64,000 nucleotides of DNA from Candidatus Gastranaerophilales bacterium (GTDB lineage Bacteria; Cyanobacteriota; Vampirovibrionia; Gastranaerophilales; Gastranaerophilaceae): assembly GCA_947594025.1 (NCBI GenBank), contig CANQDZ010000003.1, positions 250 to 64,249 on the forward strand. Reading direction: 5' to 3'. Positions 57,347 through 64,000 of this stretch are shown here, one piece after another. Position numbers and translations under genes: made by a program. The notes under the pieces were generated by a model. The model was given only the letters and a program-made list of their open reading frames with translations. It did not search any database and was not told the DNA's origin. Within the stretch, counting starts at the first letter, position 1, and each line of letters opens with the position of its first letter.

Positions 57347-58471
57347 TTACGCACAAACACAGTCTTTTGCTTTTTCAACACATTCAATAAGAGTTTTTGC
57401 GACTGTTTCTTGTTCTTCTTCCGTTATTTCCGCAAACATGGGAAGGCTGAGTACAAGTTTTGTATCTTTTTCCGTATTAGGAAGCATGCCTTCTTTGAAA
57501 TTGTATTTTTCATGAACTTTTTGAAGGTGTAAAGGAATAGGGTAATAAATCATAGCTCCAATTCCGTTTTCTTGTAAAAGTTTGTGAACAGCATCTCTGT
57601 TTGGAACTTTTACTGTGTATTGATGATAAACACAATATGTATTATTAAGTTCTTTCGGAGTTTCAATGTCAGCATTTGATGCAAACAATTCATTATATTT
57701 TTGAGCGTGAGCTCTTCTTTGTTTGTTCCATTCATCAACGTATGGAAGTTTTACTCTTAAAATCGCAGCTTGAATTTCATCAAGTCTTGAATTAACACCG
57801 ATTTCATCATGATGATAACGAACGGCACCACCGTGGTTTCTAAGTGCGATAATTCTATCTTTAAGTTTTTCATTGTTTAATACGCAAGCACCGCCGTCAC
57901 CCATTGTACCGAGGTTTTTAGTAGGATAGAAGCTATAACATCCGACATCGCCGAATGTACCTACTTTTTTGCCTTTGTATTCGGCACCGATTGCTTGGCA
58001 ACAGTCTTCAATTACATATAAATTATGTTTTTTGGCAATTTCCATAATTACATCCATATCGCATGGCTGTCCGTACAAGTGAACAGGGATAATTGCTTTT
58101 GTCTTTGGAGTAATTGCCGCTTCAATTTTAGAAGCATCAATGTTAAATGTGTCAGGATTAATATCTACAAAGACAGGTTTTGCGCCAACAATGCCAATTG
58201 ATTCTGATGTTGCGACAAATGTAAATGCCGTAGATATAACTTCATCATCCGCACCGATATCTAAGGCTCTAAGCGCTAAATGAAGTGCATCGGTTCCTGA
58301 GTTTAGAACAACTGCATAATTCGTTCCTATATATTTTGCAAGTTCTTCTTCAAGCGCGTGGCAGTTTTTGCCCATAATGTACGAACCGCTTCTCATAACT
58401 TCTAAAACAGCCGGTTCCAATTCGTTTGCTATTTGTTGATATTGTCTTTTTGAATCTAAAATAGGTATCAT
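57347..58471 (-). CDS. DegT/DnrJ/EryC1/StrS-family sugar aminotransferase
   Basis: Start at '[11 protein letters not shown]' (ATG 58471, GAGGAG SD). Motifs '[10 protein letters not shown]' and PLP-Lys context 'SFYPTKNLG'. Confidence 0.88.
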   Translation of the reverse strand: MIPILDSKRQYQQIANELEPAVLEVMRSGSYIMGKNCHALEEELAKYIGTNYAVVLNSGTDALHLALRALDIGADDEVISTAFTFVATSESIGIVGAKPVFVDINPDTFNIDASKIEAAITPKTKAIIPVHLYGQPCDMDVIMEIAKKHNLYVIEDCCQAIGAEYKGKKVGTFGDVGCYSFYPTKNLGTMGDGGACVLNNEKLKDRIIALRNHGGAVRYHHDEIGVNSRLDEIQAAILRVKLPYVDEWNKQRRAHAQKYNELFASNADIETPKELNNTYCVYHQYTVKVPNRDAVHKLLQENGIGAMIYYPIPLHLQKVHEKYNFKEGMLPNTEKDTKLVLSLPMFAEITEEEQETVAKTLIECVEKAKDCVCA

Positions 58472-58584
58472 ATTTTTCTCCTCATTTATATATTTTATCA
58501 TACCATATATTTTATTCTCTTTATATAATCTTTATTTTCGTGGTATTATAAAACCGAAAAAGAAACTTAAAAAAGGAGTAAATT

Positions 58585-59358
58585 ATGGCAAGAAAACCAA
58601 TTATTGCAGGAAACTGGAAAATGCACAACAATGTGAGTGAAAGCATTGAATTAACAAAAGGAATAATTAAAGGAGTTAAAGATTTAGACAAAAATACTTT
58701 ACCTGAAATCGTTATAGCTCCTGTGTTTACATCTTTATATCCCGTATCAAAAGAACTTGAAGGATGTGATAAAGTTTCTTTAAGTTCTCAAAACTGCTAC
58801 TTTGAACCAAAAGGAGCTTTCACGGGTGAAATTTCAATCGATATGTTAAAAGATTTAAATGTATCTTACATAATTATCGGACATAGCGAAAGAAGACAAT
58901 ATTTTAAAGAAGATGATGAACTCATAAACAAAAAAGCAATTGCTATCTTAGAAGCAGGCTTAACTCCAATTATCTGCTGCGGTGAAACATTGGAACAAAG
59001 AGAAATGGGCGTTACTGACTCTCACATTTCATCTCAAATTGTAAAAGCTTTAGAAGGTATATCGCCTGAAAATGTTGAAAAAACAGTTATTGCATACGAA
59101 CCTATCTGGGCAATCGGTACAGGCAAAACTTGTGACAGTAAAGAAGCAAACAGAGTTATACAACAAATAAGAAAAACTGTTGCACAGGTTGCAGGTTCCG
59201 CTATTGCTGAAAAAGTAAGAATTTTATACGGCGGTTCTGTTAAACCTGCAACAATTGTTGAACAAATGGCTCAATCAGATATAGACGGTGCGCTTGTAGG
59301 AGGTGCAAGTCTTCAGGCTGAAAGTTTTATTGAAATCATTAAAGGTGCAATAAAATAA
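58585..59358 (+). CDS. tpiA: triosephosphate isomerase
   Basis: 257 aa. Motifs 'AGNWKMH', 'IIGHSERR', 'AYEPIWAIGTG' and 'GGASL'. Confidence 0.95.
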   Translation: MARKPIIAGNWKMHNNVSESIELTKGIIKGVKDLDKNTLPEIVIAPVFTSLYPVSKELEGCDKVSLSSQNCYFEPKGAFTGEISIDMLKDLNVSYIIIGHSERRQYFKEDDELINKKAIAILEAGLTPIICCGETLEQREMGVTDSHISSQIVKALEGISPENVEKTVIAYEPIWAIGTGKTCDSKEANRVIQQIRKTVAQVAGSAIAEKVRILYGGSVKPATIVEQMAQSDIDGALVGGASLQAESFIEIIKGAIK

Positions 59359-59383
59359 CCTATACAAAAATTAAAAACGTAAA

Positions 59384-59416
59384 AAACGGTCTTTCTATTT
59401 TAAAGACCGTTTTTTA
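59384..59416 (+). terminator. rho-independent terminator after tpiA
   Basis: Hairpin ACGGTCTTT-loop-AAAGACCGT followed by TTTTT. Confidence 0.65.
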
Positions 59417-59470
59417 TTATTTACTTGCCGTAATTATGTTTTTTAAAAAACCGTGTACTTAATTTTTGTA

Positions 59471-59496
59471 AAAAAAGGCACGATAAGTCGTGCCTT
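59471..59496 (-). terminator. rho-independent terminator after the 62-aa ORF
   Basis: Minus strand: AAGGCACGA-CTTA-TCGTGCCTT followed by TTTTTT. Confidence 0.6.
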
Positions 59497-59530
59497 ATAA
59501 CTTTCCTTTAAGTAATGTAAGTAAAAAATC

Positions 59531-59719
59531 CTAAGCTATAAAATTATTTCCGTATTTTAAAGAACCGACAAAATAGCTTTCTTCAAGCATTTTTATCATG
59601 TCTTTATAAACTTTTTTCTTTGGTGGTTGGCAAGCTTCAAGAATACCGTTAATAGCTTTTTCATATTCGTTAGCTACAACTGAATTTGTCATAAATACAT
59701 TTTCTTGAAAATTAGCCAT
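59531..59719 (-). CDS. hypothetical small protein
   Basis: 62 aa. SD AAAGGA lies 9 nt upstream of the ATG, and it has its own downstream terminator. I recognise no motif. Confidence 0.45.
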   Translation of the reverse strand: MANFQENVFMTNSVVANEYEKAINGILEACQPPKKKVYKDMIKMLEESYFVGSLKYGNNFIA

Positions 59720-59843
59720 CTGTTAATATCCTTTTAAATTTTTAACTCTCTCTTACATTTATATAAAAAATAAGTTCTTAAAAATATTGATATTTTATCT
59801 AAGATATATATATTTTTTGTTACATAACTTAACAAATTAAAAG

Positions 59844-60845
59844 TTATTCAATAAGCATACAGTCGCCATAACTGAAAAAACGGTACTTTTGAGCTATTGC
59901 TTCTTTATATGCTTGAAACACAAAATCTTTGCCTGCAAGCGCTGACACAAGCATGATGAGTGTTGATTTTGGAAGATGAAAGTTGGTTATTAATTTGTCT
60001 GTCACTTTAAATTCATAAGGCGGATATATAAAAATATCCGTTTCTTCCTTGCAGGGGATAATTTTATTATATTTTTGATATGTAGCTTCGAGGGTTCTTA
60101 CAACCGTTGTCCCGACTGCTATAATACTTCCTTTTGTATTGTTTATAATATCTGCGTTTTTTTTATTTATTTCATAACTTTCTTTGTGCATTATATGTTC
60201 TTTTATATCTTCCGTCTTAACCGGCAAAAATGTGCCAAGACCGACATTTAATGTAATATAAGCTATGTTTACACCTTTTTCTTTTATTTTTTTAAGCGTT
60301 TCTTTATCAAAATGAAGACCTGCGGTAGGTGCTGCAACAGAGCCTATGTTTTTTGCAAAAACAGTTTGATAATCTTCTTTATCGTCGGCATTTGCTTCTC
60401 TTGTAATATAAGGCGGAAGCGGAGTTTTACCTGTTTTTTCAAGTATTAGGTAAATATCCCCTTTATAAATAAGCTCGACTTCTGTCTTATTTATAATTTT
60501 TATTTGAAGATTATCAGAGACGTTTAAAATTTCATTTTCTTTTAACCTTCTTGAATTTTTTATAAGGCAGCTCCAATTAGAATTTTGAAGGGGTTTTAAT
60601 AAAAATATTTCAACATTTGCACCTGTATTTCTTTTACATAGAATTCTTGCGGGAATAACTTTTGTATCATTTAAAACAAGGGTGTCACCTTTTTTTAAAT
60701 AATCTAAAATATTATAAAAATGTTTATGCTCAATGGTCTTATTTTTTTTGTTTATAACTTCCATTTTACAGGAAGTTCTGTTTTTTAAGGGAAATTGTGC
60801 TATAAGTTCCTTAGGAAGTTCATAATCAAAGTCACTTGTTTGCAC
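59844..60845 (-). CDS. queA: S-adenosylmethionine:tRNA ribosyltransferase-isomerase
   Basis: 333 aa. Motifs 'FDYELPKELIAQFP', 'APTAGLHF', 'VGTTVVRTLE' and 'FFSYGDCMLI'. Confidence 0.93.
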   Translation of the reverse strand: MQTSDFDYELPKELIAQFPLKNRTSCKMEVINKKNKTIEHKHFYNILDYLKKGDTLVLNDTKVIPARILCKRNTGANVEIFLLKPLQNSNWSCLIKNSRRLKENEILNVSDNLQIKIINKTEVELIYKGDIYLILEKTGKTPLPPYITREANADDKEDYQTVFAKNIGSVAAPTAGLHFDKETLKKIKEKGVNIAYITLNVGLGTFLPVKTEDIKEHIMHKESYEINKKNADIINNTKGSIIAVGTTVVRTLEATYQKYNKIIPCKEETDIFIYPPYEFKVTDKLITNFHLPKSTLIMLVSALAGKDFVFQAYKEAIAQKYRFFSYGDCMLIE

Positions 60846-62206
60846 TATTTTCTCCTTAAATCAAGGTTTCTTGCGGCATAAACTTCATCTACCTTTTTAA
60901 CGATTGTTTTTGAAGGATAGTTTTTAAAATTTTCAGGATTATTATCTATTTCTTTTGAAATATTCTTCATAACTTCAATAAAATTATCAAGCGTTTCTTT
61001 ATTTTCGGATTCGGTAGGTTCTATCATCATTGCTTCATGGACAATTAAAGGAAAATAAATTGTAGGCGGATGAATATCAAAATCCATTAATCTTTTTGCA
61101 ATCTGCAAAGTTGAAACACCTTTTTCTTTTTTGCTTTCACCTGAAATTACAAATTCATGCATACATTTTGTATTATGAGAAACATCATAATCTTCTTTTA
61201 GTTTTTCTTTTATATAGTTTGCATTTAAGACAGCTCGGGCGCTTATTTCCTTAAGTCTTTTACCGTAAGTTAAAATGTAAGTGTAAGCTTTTACCAAGAC
61301 TGAAAAATTACCAAAGAATGTGCTTATTTTACCTATTGAGTTTGGTCTGTTGTAATTTCTAAAATATTTATTTCCGTCAAATTCAACAGTCGGTTTTGGT
61401 ATAAATTCTCCGAGTTCTTTGGTTACACAAACAGGGGCAGCACCCGGACCTCCGCCCCCATGCGGAGTGGAAAAGGTTTTGTGTAAATTAAGATGAACTA
61501 CATCGAAACCCATTTTTCTCGGTGTTGTATAACCCATAATTGCATTTAAATTAGCTCCGTCGTAATAAAGAAGGGAGCCGTTTTTATGCATTAAATTTGA
61601 TATTTTTAATATATTTTCTTCAAAAATTCCAAGAGTATTCGGGTTTGTCATCATGATTGCCGCAACTGTTTCATCAAGCAACGGTTTCAAATCTTCAATA
61701 TCTACTTGTCCAAATTCATTTGATTTAACTTGTATAATCTGAAAACCACACATTGAAGCACTCATTGGATTTGTGCCGTGTGCGCTGTCAGGAACTATGA
61801 CTTTTTTTCTTTTAAAGTCTTTTTTATTTTCAAAATATTTTTTAATTATCATCATCCCTACAAATTCACCATGAGCTCCGGCACAAGGCTGGGTTGTGAC
61901 ATAATCCATTCCTGTTATTTCTTTTAAAGATTCTTGAAGATTATATATAATTTCCAGAGAACCTTGAATATCTTCATCTTTTTGATTTGGATTTATATTT
62001 AAAAATTTATCAAGGTTTGCACAATATTCATTTATTCTCGGATTATATTTCATGGTGCAGGAACCGAGAGGATAAAATCCTTTTTCTACGCAGAAGTTTT
62101 TATCACTTCTTTTTTTATATTTTCTCATAACATCAAGTTCTGAGTTGTTTTTAAAATTTAATTTTTCTTTTCTTTTATTGTTAAATTTAATTTCTTTTTT
62201 TATCAT
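60845..62206 (-). CDS. gcvPB: glycine dehydrogenase (aminomethyl-transferring) subunit 2
   Basis: 453 aa. Motifs 'FYPLGSCTMKYNP' and PLP-Lys context 'HLNLHKTFSTPHGGGGPGA'. Confidence 0.88.
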   Translation of the reverse strand: MIKKEIKFNNKRKEKLNFKNNSELDVMRKYKKRSDKNFCVEKGFYPLGSCTMKYNPRINEYCANLDKFLNINPNQKDEDIQGSLEIIYNLQESLKEITGMDYVTTQPCAGAHGEFVGMMIIKKYFENKKDFKRKKVIVPDSAHGTNPMSASMCGFQIIQVKSNEFGQVDIEDLKPLLDETVAAIMMTNPNTLGIFEENILKISNLMHKNGSLLYYDGANLNAIMGYTTPRKMGFDVVHLNLHKTFSTPHGGGGPGAAPVCVTKELGEFIPKPTVEFDGNKYFRNYNRPNSIGKISTFFGNFSVLVKAYTYILTYGKRLKEISARAVLNANYIKEKLKEDYDVSHNTKCMHEFVISGESKKEKGVSTLQIAKRLMDFDIHPPTIYFPLIVHEAMMIEPTESENKETLDNFIEVMKNISKEIDNNPENFKNYPSKTIVKKVDEVYAARNLDLRRK

Positions 62207-62247
62207 AAAATTATTATATATTATAAATTTTAAAAGGTCATATTTTT

Positions 62248-62895
62248 ATGTTTTTTAAAAATATTTTTTACTACATTTTAAATTCTATTTATAAAAATAA
62301 TTGTTGTTTATGTAATTCAAATAAAGCAGTTGATTTTTTGTGTAAAAGCTGTGCAAAAACTTTTAATTATTTACCTTATTATTCTTTAAATAAAATAGAG
62401 GGAGTAAATATTTATTCTTGTTTTTTATATGAGGATAATATTAAAAAATTAATTCATAATTATAAATTTAAAAATAAAAAGAATTTATCCTTTCATTTTG
62501 CATCTTTTTTATATAAATACTTTAATAAATTAGATATAGATAAAAATAATTTAATTATAGTTCCTGTTCCTTCTCATAAAAATAGGATAAATAAAAGAGG
62601 ATATGACCATATTTTAAATATAGTTAAAGATTTTTCAAAATTATCTTGTTTAAAATACAACGATAAATTACTTATAAAAATAAAAGATACAAAGCCGCAA
62701 TTTTCTTTAAATAAAAAAGAAAGAAAAGAAAATATAAAAAATTCCTTTAATATAAATTTAAAAGAATATAAAGGTGAAAATATATTAATTATAGATGATA
62801 TTATAACAACGGGTTCAACTTTAAATGAAATAATAAATGAATTTTATAAAAATAAAATTTATAATATAAATTGTTTAACTTTATCAAAAGCTTAA
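62248..62895 (+). CDS. comF: ComF-family phosphoribosyltransferase-like protein
   Basis: 215 aa. N-terminal Cys pairs 'CCLCNS...CKSC'. PRTase motif 'ILIIDDIITTGSTL'. Confidence 0.8.
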   Translation: MFFKNIFYYILNSIYKNNCCLCNSNKAVDFLCKSCAKTFNYLPYYSLNKIEGVNIYSCFLYEDNIKKLIHNYKFKNKKNLSFHFASFLYKYFNKLDIDKNNLIIVPVPSHKNRINKRGYDHILNIVKDFSKLSCLKYNDKLLIKIKDTKPQFSLNKKERKENIKNSFNINLKEYKGENILIIDDIITTGSTLNEIINEFYKNKIYNINCLTLSKA

Positions 62896-63028
62896 TAAAA
62901 AATTATAAACAACCATGCCCCTTCTTACATATAAATAAAAATAATTATAAACAATTTTTTTAATCTTACTTATATTACTATTTTATTTATAATATAATAT
63001 ATTTAATAATAAATTTAAGGAAAAAATA

Positions 63029-64000
63029 ATGAAAATAACATTGAATAAAGAAGCTTTTTCAAACGGAATTAAAATAGTTGAAAAATCAACGGCACAAAGA
63101 GGTATTCAACCTGTATTATCAAATATATTAATTGAAACAATATCAGATAATAAAGTCAGATTTTGTGCAACAGACCTTAATCAAACAATAACTCTTGATT
63201 TAGATGCAAATGTTGAAGAAGAAGGTAAAATTACATTAAATGCAAAAAAATTAAATGAAATATCTTTAAAATTGCAAGAAAAACCTATTGTTATAAGCAA
63301 TGATGTTGATACAAACGTAATTAAAATAACATGCGGTAAATCAAAATTTGAAATGAATTCAATTGGAGTTAGTGATTATCTTCAAATATTTAAAGATAAT
63401 AAAAATGAAGATGAAAATGAAAAAGTATTTGAAATAAATAAAGAAATATTTAATAAAGCAATTAAACAAACAATGTATTGTTGTGCACAATCAGAATCAG
63501 CAAGTATTTTAGGTGGTGTTTGTGTAAATATTAAAGAGAATACACTTGAAGTTGCCGCAACCGATGGTAACAGATTAACAAGAGTAATAAAAGCAATAAA
63601 TTCAAAATCTCAAGAAGAAACATTTATTATTCCTTTAAAAACTCTTCAAGAAATTGCAAGAATTTCATCAATAGTAAATGATAAAGATTTAAAAATTAAA
63701 ATAAATAAAACAAAAATATATTTTATATTTGATAATATAAAATTTTCTTCTAAATTAATTGAAGGTATTTATCCTAAATATCAACAATTAATTCCGACAA
63801 CAAATGAAAAAATAGTTAAAATAGATAAAGAAGAACTTATAAATTCAATAGAAAGAGTTTCTATTATGGTTAATGAAAGAACAAACATTATAAAATTTAT
63901 GTTTGAAAAAAATAATTTAACCCTAAAAGCAGATGCGCCTGAAGCCGGTATCGGATCTGACGAATTAGAAATTGAATATAATTATGATGATATAGTTATA
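63029..64000 (+). CDS. dnaN: DNA polymerase III beta sliding clamp (3' end cut by window edge)
   Basis: ATG at 63029 follows AAGG. The translation begins 'MKITLNKEAFSNGIKIVEKSTAQRGIQPVLSNILIETISDNKVRFCATDLNQ...' and contains 'EGIYPKYQQLIP'. The frame is open to the window end. Confidence 0.9.
   Translation, partial: MKITLNKEAFSNGIKIVEKSTAQRGIQPVLSNILIETISDNKVRFCATDLNQTITLDLDANVEEEGKITLNAKKLNEISLKLQEKPIVISNDVDTNVIKITCGKSKFEMNSIGVSDYLQIFKDNKNEDENEKVFEINKEIFNKAIKQTMYCCAQSESASILGGVCVNIKENTLEVAATDGNRLTRVIKAINSKSQEETFIIPLKTLQEIARISSIVNDKDLKIKINKTKIYFIFDNIKFSSKLIEGIYPKYQQLIPTTNEKIVKIDKEELINSIERVSIMVNERTNIIKFMFEKNNLTLKADAPEAGIGSDELEIEYNYDDIVI

Noticed and set aside
57249-57515. 88-aa plus-strand ORF spanning the manC/aminotransferase intergenic terminator
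   Set aside because: It runs through a clear terminator hairpin and into the antisense of the aminotransferase gene.

Overview
This is an AT-rich (about 30% GC by eye, not computed), densely coding bacterial chromosomal segment. I call about 62 protein genes, one tRNA-Asp(GUC) and one decayed tandem copy of that tRNA. I saw no rRNA, CRISPR array, transposase, integrase or phage genes.

Most content is core housekeeping:
- Translation and RNA modification: ssb (partial), rlmN, rsgA, gltX, infB-rbfA-truB, smpB, cca, rsmE, rpsT, rplU-rpmA, queA.
- Metabolism: ribH, pgk, tpiA, aroC-aroK-aroB, coaBC, gmk.
- Replication: gyrB, dnaN (partial).

Interleaved is a large signalling and envelope complement:
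- A CheA-REC hybrid, an MCP and a tandem-CheW protein.
- An isolated FliI-type ATPase translationally coupled to a sensor kinase, plus a second orphan sensor kinase.
- A CHASE2-GGDEF cyclase and a GAF-HD-GYP phosphodiesterase.
- Four TPR proteins, a prepilin-type protein, and a secreted two-HKD phospholipase-D-like protein.

The taxon cannot be fixed without a search. A tail-less SSB, a CheA-REC 'Tax/Pix-like' cluster, a prepilin-type protein, a GerMN protein and very low GC would fit an uncultured lineage such as non-photosynthetic Cyanobacteria (Melainabacteria), but that is a guess.

The most unusual item is an 877-aa protein (9216..11849, minus strand). It combines a HerA/DUF87-like N-terminal module that appears to lack a P-loop, an extremely acidic low-complexity region of about 400 aa, and a C-terminal PcrA/UvrD-type Tudor-like domain.

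Secondary curiosities:
- A decayed tRNA-Asp duplicate between rpmA and tRNA-Asp.
- The kinase-FliI coupling.
- TPR genes translationally coupled to signalling enzymes.
- Orphan gcvPB and orphan dehydratase-activase genes.
- Two candidate leaderless transcripts.

All functional calls rest on motif recognition from the supplied translations. No database search was run.
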